IMG/VR virus record: IMGVR_UViG_3300020599_000004
Location: 32,001 to 96,000 of that record
DNA: 64,000 bases
Strand: one strand, 5' to 3'
DNA from: a virus
Shown: positions 50,004 to 59,289 of the stretch, one piece after another
How the letters are laid out: every line of letters starts with the position of its first letter
How positions within the stretch are numbered: the stretch's first letter is position 1
Translations under genes and position numbers: made by a program
The notes under the pieces: model-generated
Told to the model about the DNA's origin: nothing
The model's input: only the letters and a program-made list of their open reading frames with translations
Databases searched by the model: none

Positions 50004-50356
50004 TAACAGTAAAAGCATATATCTACATGCTTTGAATAAGTCCCCTCCAGGCGAAATCCTGGAGTGATATCTCCTTAATTGCTGGAAACCCCTAAAGCTG
50101 CTCCACCACTGCGAGCCGAAAGGCAAAGCCATGGTTAGACAACGGAGCGGATATCACAATGGGCAATCAGCAGCCAAGCGCCGTACAGGTGAAGGTTCAA
50201 CGACTAGAGCGTAGCGGCTCGTACCCGACAGCGTCGGGGAAATGGGAGACACCCTATCCCGTAAGGGAGGGTGAAGATATAGTCTGTTCCTGTAGGAGAC
50301 TACAGGCGGGTGTCCTTGCACACCGGGTGGAAGTCGCGACTCCACTGGACAATAAG
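50004..50356 (+). ncRNA. group I intron 1 (353 nt, no ORF)
   Basis: 5' exon ends in U, intron ends in G; P AATTGCTGGAAA 50077, Q AATCAGCAGCC 50165, R GTTCAACGACTA 50195, S AAGATATAGTC 50274; removal restores NAD-FDGD. Confidence 0.93.
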
Positions 50357-50569
50357 TTCGATGGTGACACCGGTTCGGCCACCATTCTCATGACCCGTGA
50401 AGCATTGGAGGAGAATGAAGCGTACCTGGGTACCCGTCAGGCGTGGGTCTCGACCGATGGCAAATTACGCGCCAGCGCAGCCTACGATACCCTCGAACTG
50501 GTCGTACGCAACCTCACCGGCCGTTACGGCTACCAGCAAGAACAGCTTCGTAATCCGATGACTCAATAA
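50357..50569 (+). CDS. rpoC: virion RNAP beta' subunit, exon 2, 70 aa (spliced product 554 aa)
   Basis: Begins TTC GAT GGT GAC (FDGD). Confidence 0.88.
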   Translation, partial: FDGDTGSATILMTREALEENEAYLGTRQAWVSTDGKLRASAAYDTLELVVRNLTGRYGYQQEQLRNPMTQ

Positions 50570-50585
50570 GCAGAGAGCTAAAACC

Positions 50586-52385
50586 ATGTCGATGCTTCTC
50601 TATCCGCAGTATTACAGACGCTTCGGGGTGTGGCAACCTGGCCACATCATGGCCCCGCGTCTGTTCCCACTGTCCATCATGCGGTTGCCGCGTGACAGCG
50701 TGCTGCACTATCAAGCCGAGTCGGAGGCCGAATACGGTCCTCCGTCCGACGATCTGCTCCTGCAAGGCGTGCCGCGACTGACCTTTGTAGGGCATGTGAC
50801 CCAACTGACCAGTCTGCTGGGTAACCCACGTTCGGCCTACGTACCCCCAGGCCCGATGATCAATGAGTACCGTCGCCGGTACCGGAAACTGCGGCCGCTG
50901 AACAAGTTGGAGATCGCCGATCGGGAACCTCAGAACCTGATCGTGCAGAACTACGCGCTGCTGCCGCATCTGTACAAGTACATCCGCAGCTTCTTCACCC
51001 TGTACTACACCTGGTACAACCTCCAAGCGACTATGGTGAGTGGGATCAACGACATGTTGGGGCAGTCCAACCGCCACAACTACATCCAGATCCAGCTGCC
51101 CAAGGTCATGCCTTCATTGCAACAGCTGCGTCTGGCCCAGGCGCGTCGTAGCAAAACTCAACTGGAACCGTTCAACAACTTCGCTGCGTTGAATATCCTG
51201 GACTTCTTCACCTGGTTGGGTAAAGACCGGGAACATTCGCTCCTGTCGAAACTGCCTCACGACAAGCTGGACCACGTGGACATCATCTTCCGTCACGTCG
51301 GTACTTGGTTCACTGTCAACCTGGGCAAGTTGGACTCGTGGCGCCGTGCAACGGAGAAAGCGTCCACTGAGGGCGTTTCGCTGGAGTCCATCGCCGCATC
51401 CGGTCAACTGGGTGTGTCCATGGAACAGATGGCCGAACTGTCGGCCTTCCTGGAAGTCTCCATGGAAGATGTGCAGATTGATGCAGCGACATTCCAACTG
51501 CGCGTTCTGAAGATGCTGATGGCACTTTACGAGGCCAGCACGTTGGCAGGTTCTGATCAACCGAACAAACAGGTTGTGCAAGAACCTGAAGCGGTGGCAA
51601 CCGATCCGGCGGCAGTGGAAGAGAAAATCGAGATCGGCCACGACGAGACCAAGAAACAGCTCGATGAACTGCGTCAACCCATCTCCGACGAAGAGATGGA
51701 AGAACTCTCGGCGCTGGATAAAGAAACGGCAGCTGAACTCGATGCCGGTGAAGAGGACGATGGCACCGAGTACGATGAAGATGGTGTCATGATCATCAAC
51801 GACACGGGCGCCAAACCGGCGATGCATCTGCCGCCCGCGGTTAGTGCACCCAAGCCGCAGGTCGTTAAAACTCTCTCCAGTGCCATCGAAGAGAAGGTCG
51901 AAGCCCTGGCGGATCAAGGACTGCTCTCGGCTGCCGAATACCGAGCTAAGCTGCGTGCCGCAGTGGCGTACAAGTCCCTGAAGGACCCCTATGGCACAGG
52001 CCAGACGGTTGAAGATGCGCTGAGAATCGACCCCAAGTCCCTGGTGATCGATCAGAATGCCTCCTTTGTCGATATGCCGCAGGTGCTGGACAAGTCGATG
52101 CTCAAATCGACAGTCTCAGACATCGATCGTCAGTACGTCGAGAATGTCTTGCCGAAAGATATCCTCAACGCTGTGATGGCCGTACAAAATGCCGGCATCG
52201 CAGTGACGGACTACAATATCGAACGCGTGGTCGATGCAGTCAGTGACTTTGAGGTCCACTCGGTGCAACTGACGCCTGCGGTCGGTCGGCAGTCTACCAT
52301 CCGCTTCCGTGTTCCGCGGGTGACGACCGATGGCACCTACATGTCCAACGGTACACGCTACCGTCTAAAGAAACAGCGAAGTGAT
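50586..52385 (+). CDS. rpoB: virion RNAP beta subunit, large part (phiKZ gp178-like), exon 1, 600 aa
   Basis: Ends GTRYRLKKQRSD before an in-frame TAA that begins the intron. Confidence 0.85.
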
Positions 52386-52977
52386 TAAAGCCGATATCCT
52401 TGACGAATTAATGATATAATTACATTCGTCGATGGATATTGTAATGAGTAAGGTTAAGAGAGTAGTAGGCTGTAAAGGGTTCAGCAATGATGAATTCATC
52501 GCCATTGCTGAGAGTCGAAACACCTCTTGTCAGCAATTGCTAAAACAAACCCTGATGTAGCCGAACTGTTTTAACCTGACTCATCGTGCATGGTCACTGT
52601 GGCGTGGTAACACGCCACTAGCAAACCTACCTAATTGCGGGAAAACGTCTATAATCTCCATGGCTACCACTTGACGGTCGAAAGGCACGTCAACACCCAT
52701 CCCAGTAATGGAAGCGATGGGCACGGTAAAAACGTCCTGGAGAGACACAACCGGCGCAGCGAAGCCCCTAAATCCTACATGGACATGGGGTGTGCTCAGA
52801 GGCCATCGAACGCTACGGTACCTCAAAAAAAAGGTGCTTAATGACACCTGTATAAAGCCAGGTGGTCACCTAGGTGATTAAAGCCAGTAGAGTAGGAGGC
52901 TGTTACAGCTCCGAAACGGTAGGCACCCCACCCAGCTCAGGCTGGAGGGTGAAGATATGGTCCATCTAAGGGGGATG
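52386..52977 (+). ncRNA. group I intron 2 (592 nt) with enlarged L1 loop
   Basis: P AATTGCGGGAAA 52633, R GCTCAGAGGCCA 52794, S AAGATATGGTC 52952, terminal G 52977; IGS GTCACT 52593-52598 pairs with exon AGTGAT; splice gives KQRSD-LPLRK. Confidence 0.88.
52444..52560 (+). pseudogene. 38-aa ORF in intron 2 L1, possible homing endonuclease N-terminal relic
   Basis: MSKVKRVVGCKGFSNDEFIAIAESRN..., resembling the xxEFIxxA starts of phage endonucleases. Confidence 0.4.
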
Positions 52978-54423
52978 CTTCCCCTACGTAAGGTCTCCCC
53001 GACCCGTGTGGCACTGTCGTCGTATTACGCCAAGATTTTCGTGGATAAGTCCGACCGTGCCACTTTTAACTACGACAAGTACGTCTCCGACCAGATCGTA
53101 GCCAAGGGTCTGAACCAGGCTGACAGCACCATTACCGATATCCGCATCTCCAACGTGGCGGATAACACGGTTAAAGTGCCGCGGATCTATGCGGTGCTGG
53201 CTGCGCGGGTGGCTTCATTCAAGGCAGGTGGAGCAGAGTACTTCTTCGATTACCGCAATCGCTTCGAGAAGACCTTCACGCCAGAAGAACAGGCACTGGA
53301 ACGCGATGGTGCTGTGCTGGTCGGTCGGATTGGTCGTAATCCGATCATCGTGGACACGAACGATGTGTTCTACGAGGCCAGTGGAGGGGAACTGCGGGTA
53401 ATGGGACGGGCAGAAGACCTCTTTGCTTTGACGGCTGAGAAAGTACCAGCCCCCATGGCAGAGTTGAAGATCTTCAGCAAGGTCATTCCGCTGGGTGTCG
53501 TGTTGTCGTACATGCTCGGCTTTAATAACTTGGTCAATCTGCTGGGTGTTCGTCCCCGTCGTGTGCCTAACGGCCAGCGCATGAACCTCATGCCAGACGA
53601 ATACGCGATTCGTTTCCTCGATGAATCGCTGATCTTCCCGAAAGATGATGTCAAGTCGGCCTTGATCCTGTCTGGTTTCAACCTGTACCACGCTACCATT
53701 CGTAACTACAGCGTTTACAGCTTCGATAAGAAGGACATCTACCTCAACCTGCTGGAAAACTACGGTATCGGCATCCGTTATCTGCGGGAAATCGATCTGA
53801 TGACGGCGATGTTCATCGACCCGATCACCAAAGAGATTCTCCAGTGGATGAAGGAGCCCACGGAACTGGCCGCTCTGCTGATCCGTGCTGCGGAGATGCT
53901 GGTAACGCTGTACGTACCGGATCGAGTGGAAACCGCACCGGGCATCGTGGAAGGGATGGAGCGTGAACGGGGTTACGAGCGCTTTGCTGGGGCGGTGTAT
54001 TCCGAACTGGTGCGTTCGATCAGGACCTATAACGCCCGTACAGCCACCTCGTCTGCATCGATCAGCATGAACCCGCACGATGTTTGGACGACCATCGTGC
54101 AAGACCCGGCCTCTGAGCCCATCAACGAAGCCAACCCGATCCACAACCTGAAGGAAAAGGAGGTCATTACCTTCGGTGGGCGCGGTGGCCGTTCTCGCCG
54201 TTCCATGGTGGCAGATTCTCGACTGTATAAGAAGACCGATGAGGGCTTCATCAGCGAGGCAACTGTGGATTCCGGGGACGTAGCCATCATTACCTACGTG
54301 CCGCCCAACGCCAACTTCACAACGGTGCGTGGTACGGTGCGGATGTTGAACGAAATGACGGACGGTCCTTCCAGTCGTCTGTCCACCGCGGCATTGCTGG
54401 CACCGGCAGCTGACCGCGATGAT
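52978..54423 (+). CDS. rpoB: virion RNAP beta subunit, exon 2, 482 aa
   Basis: LPLRKVSP...; ITFGGRGGRS, ATVDSGDV; ends APAADRDD. Confidence 0.87.
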
Positions 54424-54902
54424 CAATTCTGAATATACGTGAAGTAAACACTCCGACTCGGTATTCTCGCGACTACACTGAATCTCCGACTCAAGACCGA
54501 AGGGAAGAAGGTCTTCTCGGATAACAAAACCTACACGTATATTTAAAACGGTCCGGGTAACCTGAGAGGGTTACTTGAATCTCCTCTAATTGCTGGAACC
54601 CGCTTAGAGCTGTCTCACCACAACGTGGTCCGAAAGGACGAGCGTGACGGTCTGAAAACGAGACGGATTGGGGAACCGTGGGTCCTAAGGACCCCTGTAG
54701 CAGCCAAGACCCTACCGGTGCTCTGCACCCATGGGTAAGGTTCAACGACTAAGGCCTTATCAGCCTGTACCCAGTAGCACTGGGGAAATGGGGAGCACCC
54801 TACTCACGGAGAGGGTGAAGATATAGTCTCGACATCCAGGGAAAGCCTGGAGCAGTGCTTAAGTGCACGGGTTCAATCTAGCGAGTTGGACTGAAGACTT
54901 CG
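54424..54902 (+). ncRNA. group I intron 3 (479 nt)
   Basis: P AATTGCTGGAA 54588, Q GCAGCCAAG 54700, R GTTCAACGACTA 54740, S AAGATATAGTC 54818, terminal G 54902; splice gives DRDD-PKRVNF. Confidence 0.9.
54448..54546 (+). pseudogene. 32-codon HTH-like (NUMOD1-type) relic in intron 3 L1
   Basis: TLRLGILATTLNLRLKTEGKKVFSDNKTYTYI*, in frame with exon 2 behind two stops. Confidence 0.5.
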
Positions 54903-56024
54903 CCAAAGCGAGTCAACTTCATTAACATCCAGCAGACTCACGGCATCAGTGCAGTGGGTTACCGTGCCACCCCGTTGCGTACGGGCTACGAACAGGTGTT
55001 GGCTCAACGTACCGATGACCTGTTCGCTACCGCAGCTAAGCAAGACGGCAAAGTGGTAGAGGTGACGGACTCGTCCATTAAGGTCGAGTACGCCGATGGG
55101 CAAATGGTGGCCATCGAGCTGGGTCGTAGGTTCGGATCCAGCATGGGCATGACCTTGCCACATGAGGTGGTCACTTCATTCAAGGTCGGTGATCCGGTAA
55201 AACGCGGCGACATCATCGCGTACAACAGTGGCTTCTTCGAACCGCTGTATGGCAATGAGAAACAAGTTGCCTGGAAAGCCGGTGTTATTGCTCGCACAGC
55301 GTTGATGGAAGCAAGCTATACCCTGGAAGACTCCTCGGCTATCAGCGAACGGATGTCGCGGTTGCTGGGCACACAAGTGACCAAAGTTAAGACGGTGCTG
55401 GTGAAATTTAACCAGTCCGTCCACAACCTGGTAAAGGTGGGAGATAGCGTCGATCTCGACACAATCCTATGCACCATAGAGGACTCTGTCACCGCGAACG
55501 CTAACCTGTTCGACGAGAAATCGTTGGCCACGTTACGTCTGCTCTCTGCCATGACACCCAGGGCGAAAACCGTGGGTAAAGTGGATAAGGTGGAAGTCTT
55601 CTATCACGGCGATTTGGAAGACATGTCCGAGTCGCTCCAGGAACTGGCCACTACGGCTGACCGTGACCGCAAGCGTCAAGCCCGGCGACTGGGTAAGCCG
55701 CCGGTAACTGGCATGGTCGATCAGTCCCTGCGGATCGATGGGAATGGCCTGGATCTCGACACGGTTGCGATCAAGGTCTACATCACCAGCACCGTAGGTA
55801 CTGGCGTCGGTGATAAGGCAGTTTTTGCCAACCAGATGAAGACGGTATTTGGTCGTGTTTTGACCGGTATCCATGAAACCGAATCTGGTGAGGAACTCGA
55901 CGCGATCTTCGGCTTTAAGTCGATCCAAGATCGTATCGTCCTGTCTCCTATGATCATCGGTACGACCAACACCCTGCTGCGCGTTATCGGTGAGAATGCC
56001 GCCGAGCTCTACTTCCAGGGTTAA
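54903..56024 (+). CDS. rpoB: virion RNAP beta subunit, exon 3, 373 aa (spliced product 1455 aa)
   Basis: PKRVNFINIQQ..., LEDSSAISE, GVGDKAVFANQMKT conserved beta motifs. Confidence 0.88.
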   Translation, partial: PKRVNFINIQQTHGISAVGYRATPLRTGYEQVLAQRTDDLFATAAKQDGKVVEVTDSSIKVEYADGQMVAIELGRRFGSSMGMTLPHEVVTSFKVGDPVKRGDIIAYNSGFFEPLYGNEKQVAWKAGVIARTALMEASYTLEDSSAISERMSRLLGTQVTKVKTVLVKFNQSVHNLVKVGDSVDLDTILCTIEDSVTANANLFDEKSLATLRLLSAMTPRAKTVGKVDKVEVFYHGDLEDMSESLQELATTADRDRKRQARRLGKPPVTGMVDQSLRIDGNGLDLDTVAIKVYITSTVGTGVGDKAVFANQMKTVFGRVLTGIHETESGEELDAIFGFKSIQDRIVLSPMIIGTTNTLLRVIGENAAELYFQG

Positions 56025-56088
56025 GACCACATGTCACGGTGGGGTAACACCTGCCGTGACTTCCTTTGTAATTCGGAGTTAACTCCCC

Positions 56089-56283
56089 ATGACCACGCAA
56101 GCAGAAATCGACAACACGGCGGTGCTGGGCAACGCCGGGAATCTCGTCGCCGAGATCGTCCTGGCTGTGGCCGGCAACGACATCTCCAACCACCTGGAAG
56201 GCGAACAGATCAAGGGCGACGCCCTGGGCGGTATCGCTCAAGCCATCTTCAACAAGGAACACGGGGGCATCGACAATGCTTAA
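56089..56283 (+). CDS. hypothetical protein, 64 aa
   Basis: GGAG RBS; overlaps the next start. Confidence 0.7.
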   Translation: MTTQAEIDNTAVLGNAGNLVAEIVLAVAGNDISNHLEGEQIKGDALGGIAQAIFNKEHGGIDNA

Positions 56284-57664
56284 CCGCATCTTCCTGGAGC
56301 AGTCCCTGCCCCTGGCCTCTAAGTTGGCCGCGGCGGGCAAGCGCATCATCCCGATCCAAGGCACGCCCCTGGATGACATCATGCGAGCGTGCTCCACTTT
56401 CAGCCTGTACAACACCGCCCAGGACCTGGATGCCCTGACCAGCAACGAGTTCGTTGGCCAACTGGTCGACATCGCCGGTGCCAAGGACGACAACGGGGAG
56501 AACCTGCACAACGGTGTCGTATCTCAGTTCGTTGAACTGGCCAAGTCTGCGGTGCAGCAAGGTCTGAACAACGCCCGTAACGTCGTCATGCCCGATGTGA
56601 AGAACATCCTGCAAACCGTCCAAGAGGTGCAGGCTGGTCGTCGCAACACCTCGGCCAACCCTTATGTCGTGGTACCGAGCGTCATGCCGGCGGTGTTCAG
56701 CAACCCTGTGCTGCTGGAACTGGTCGAACGGTACAACATGACCCCGGCTCGGGAAGTACCGCGCCGTGAACTGCCAGGCCTGACCAACGATGAGATCAAG
56801 GCTGCCATCACCACAGGTGCTGCCGAGTTCGATGCTCAAGTCGCTGAACTGCTCGGTGAAGAAGGCCTCACCCAAATCGGCAACGTCTGGTCCGGTGGTA
56901 TCGAACTGGGCTTCCTGGCACCGGAGTACGCGGTCGGTCTGCACCTGCTGACCAAGGCGCTGTACAACAACCCGCCGGCAGGCACCAATTACCAGCTGTC
57001 CGACTACAACAACCTGGTCAGCCTCATGACCGAGCAGACCGGTCGCATCACCTACCAGGTGATCGAGACCCAGGCACGTCGTAAGAAGCTGGGCATGCTG
57101 TACAACAGCGGCGCCGCAGTGGCAGGTGCGAATGGTCAGCGCATCATCGAGGTCAACAACGACGTCTACCTGCCCCTGCTCGACAAGGGCTTGACGCCGG
57201 AGATGCTGATCGGCAACGAGTTCCTCGGTCGTCCCTACTCCGATGGTCAACTGCTGGAGAACAAAGAAAACCTCGAAGCAGCGTACAATCGCGAAAAGCG
57301 TCTGTACGACACCCGCGCTGAGCTGGAAGACCGCAACGCCCTGCGCAGCACCCTCTCGTTGGTCTTTTCCCGCGAGATCGCCAATCGTGAAGAAGCGGAT
57401 CTGCCGGTGGATCGTTCCATCCTGCAAAGCCGTCTGAACGAGGCAATGAAGCGCATCCAGGATAAGGACCTGAACTGCCTGGAGTCGCTGGTGCGCGACC
57501 TGACCTGCTACATCTTCTACGCACACACTGACGCCGACATGATCCTCTGTGTCATGGACGACCTTGGGTGCAAGTACCCCGAACTCGACCCGCGCGAGAT
57601 CGCCCTGCTGGCCACCACTCAGTACGTTTCTTACTGGGTGGCCAAGCAGATGCAAGTGGTCTGA
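56276..57664 (+). CDS. probable virion structural protein, 462 aa
   Basis: Position between vRNAP beta and the protease, as in phiKZ-like synteny. Confidence 0.7.
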   Translation: MLNRIFLEQSLPLASKLAAAGKRIIPIQGTPLDDIMRACSTFSLYNTAQDLDALTSNEFVGQLVDIAGAKDDNGENLHNGVVSQFVELAKSAVQQGLNNARNVVMPDVKNILQTVQEVQAGRRNTSANPYVVVPSVMPAVFSNPVLLELVERYNMTPAREVPRRELPGLTNDEIKAAITTGAAEFDAQVAELLGEEGLTQIGNVWSGGIELGFLAPEYAVGLHLLTKALYNNPPAGTNYQLSDYNNLVSLMTEQTGRITYQVIETQARRKKLGMLYNSGAAVAGANGQRIIEVNNDVYLPLLDKGLTPEMLIGNEFLGRPYSDGQLLENKENLEAAYNREKRLYDTRAELEDRNALRSTLSLVFSREIANREEADLPVDRSILQSRLNEAMKRIQDKDLNCLESLVRDLTCYIFYAHTDADMILCVMDDLGCKYPELDPREIALLATTQYVSYWVAKQMQVV

Positions 57665-57670
57665 CCCGTC

Positions 57671-57703
57671 TAGGAGGTGGGAGGGTAACCCTCCCACCTC
57701 CTA
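57671..57703. terminator. long hairpin terminator
   Basis: TAGGAGGTGGGAGGG-taa-CCCTCCCACCTCCTA. Confidence 0.7.
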
Positions 57704-57727
57704 TGATGCTTCCGAAGGACTGCTCCT

Positions 57728-58462
57728 ATGAAATCCATTGAATTTACCCGGGACGCTGATCGGGTGTACAAGGCGTTCACTGCAACTGACAACAATGAAC
57801 TGGTGGCCTTGAGGGAAATGAAGGTCATGATCCCGGCTCGATTCCCCCAACGGGACCTGGCCAACTTCGAAGAGGAGACCAGTTTCGTGGGGATTGCTGC
57901 CTTTATCGTCGAAGAGGGTGGCAAGAAATACTACGGTCTGTCCTGTGTCCCCGCCTACATGCGCAGTGAGCCATCCTTGGTCAATACTGTGAACGTCGAT
58001 GACGTGGACTACATCGAGATGACCTACGAGCCAGGCGCCCTGATCGTGGCTAACCTGAACCTCGTAAAAATCGACAACTTGATGTACCGCATCTACGACG
58101 AACTCATTGCCAAAGGCCGCGTGCCCTGGTACATGAGCTACGCCGACCTGGGCCAGCTGTTTGCCAACGCACCTTACCATGCAGGGGTCAAGGTGGGTGC
58201 GAACCCTGCGATCATGGAAATGATCGTGGCGGCAATCTGCCGGAATCCAGACGACGTAAAACAGTATTACCGTCAATCGATGACCAACCTTAACGACATC
58301 GAGAGCCGTCCCCCGACGGTTATCCCGCTGCGTGAGGTCAGCTACGGTGCGACCAACGCCATCGCCAAGCTGATGGGTCCGTATTTCGACGACAACGTCA
58401 CCAGCACCCTCGTCTCGCCCGGCGAACGGGTGGAGCGAGTGGAGCGCCTGCTCAGGATGTAA
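57728..58462 (+). CDS. probable virion protein, 244 aa
   Basis: AAGGA RBS; immediately upstream of the protease. Confidence 0.7.
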   Translation: MKSIEFTRDADRVYKAFTATDNNELVALREMKVMIPARFPQRDLANFEEETSFVGIAAFIVEEGGKKYYGLSCVPAYMRSEPSLVNTVNVDDVDYIEMTYEPGALIVANLNLVKIDNLMYRIYDELIAKGRVPWYMSYADLGQLFANAPYHAGVKVGANPAIMEMIVAAICRNPDDVKQYYRQSMTNLNDIESRPPTVIPLREVSYGATNAIAKLMGPYFDDNVTSTLVSPGERVERVERLLRM

Positions 58463-58471
58463 GGAGACCCC

Positions 58472-59260
58472 ATGCAACAAGCTATCACTTACGGCTGCAC
58501 TGCACTCGTAGGGACCAACAAAGTGGGCCTGCTGTCCAAAGACGCGGACGGCTATTATGACATGGTGCTCGGCGCCCTGCAAGCCTACAATAGCGCCGGT
58601 GCGTTCTACGAACTCAACCAGGCCAAACAACTGTTCGAGAGTTCCGGTGAGCTGATGCGTCGCATCGCTAATGGCGCCGTGCGTTCCGAGGTGGGCCACC
58701 CCCGCTACCAGGAAGGCATGTCGGAACGGGCCTGGTTCTCCAGGGTCAATGACATCTACGAACCCAACTGCTGCGCCCACATCGCCCAGGTACAACTGTC
58801 TTACGACACCATGCGTGATGACAAAGGCCGTCCGGTGGTAGCCATCATGGGCAAGGTGCGACCCTCAGGTGCCAACGAACGCTTCCTCGAGCGCCAGCTG
58901 GAGAACCCGAAGGAAAACGTCTGCTTCTCCATCCGCTCGTTCACCAACGACCGCGTGGAAGGGGGTCGGATCGTCAAGTACCTGAAGAAGATCGTCACCT
59001 GGGATACGGTTAACGAACCTGGGATTTCGATCGCCAACAAGTACTCGGTTCCCTCGCTCGAATCGATCGGTTCGGACTGCATTGCTGATCTTGACAGCTA
59101 CGAGTTCGACCTCGTGAACATTGCCCAGTTCGCAAAAGAAGAACAGGCAAATGGTGTGAGCATGGAATCCGGCAATGCCCCAGCTTCGCAGATGTTGCAG
59201 CTGGTCGGCTATGTCGAGAAACCGATCAAGGTCTATGTACCCGCCAGTTACCGCTGGTGA
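58472..59260 (+). CDS. prohead maturation protease (phiKZ gp175-like), 262 aa
   Basis: SEVGHP (His), CFSIRS (Ser), TWDTVNEPG (Asp); C-terminal SLE and SME possible self-cleavage sites. Confidence 0.88.
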   Translation: MQQAITYGCTALVGTNKVGLLSKDADGYYDMVLGALQAYNSAGAFYELNQAKQLFESSGELMRRIANGAVRSEVGHPRYQEGMSERAWFSRVNDIYEPNCCAHIAQVQLSYDTMRDDKGRPVVAIMGKVRPSGANERFLERQLENPKENVCFSIRSFTNDRVEGGRIVKYLKKIVTWDTVNEPGISIANKYSVPSLESIGSDCIADLDSYEFDLVNIAQFAKEEQANGVSMESGNAPASQMLQLVGYVEKPIKVYVPASYRW

Positions 59261-59289
59261 TCTTTGTCAACCATCAGGAATTTACTCAC

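Noticed and set aside
50159-50356. N-terminal 66 aa of ORF 50159..50569 as protein
   Set aside because: Lies inside intron 1; only 50357 onward is exon
52400-52420. TTGACG...TATAAT as a sigma70 promoter
   Set aside because: Spacer is only 9 nt and TTGACG is part of a stem
52581-52977. ORFs 52635..52841 (+), 52581..52847 (-) and the GTG/ATG start at 52957 as genes
   Set aside because: They overlap the ribozyme core of intron 2 and show no nuclease motifs
50004-54902. Stop-codon recoding, frameshifting or sequencing error as the cause of the broken RNAP ORFs
   Set aside because: Each gap has group I P/Q/R/S elements with U and G boundaries, and precise removal restores conserved motifs; TAA and TGA act as normal stops elsewhere
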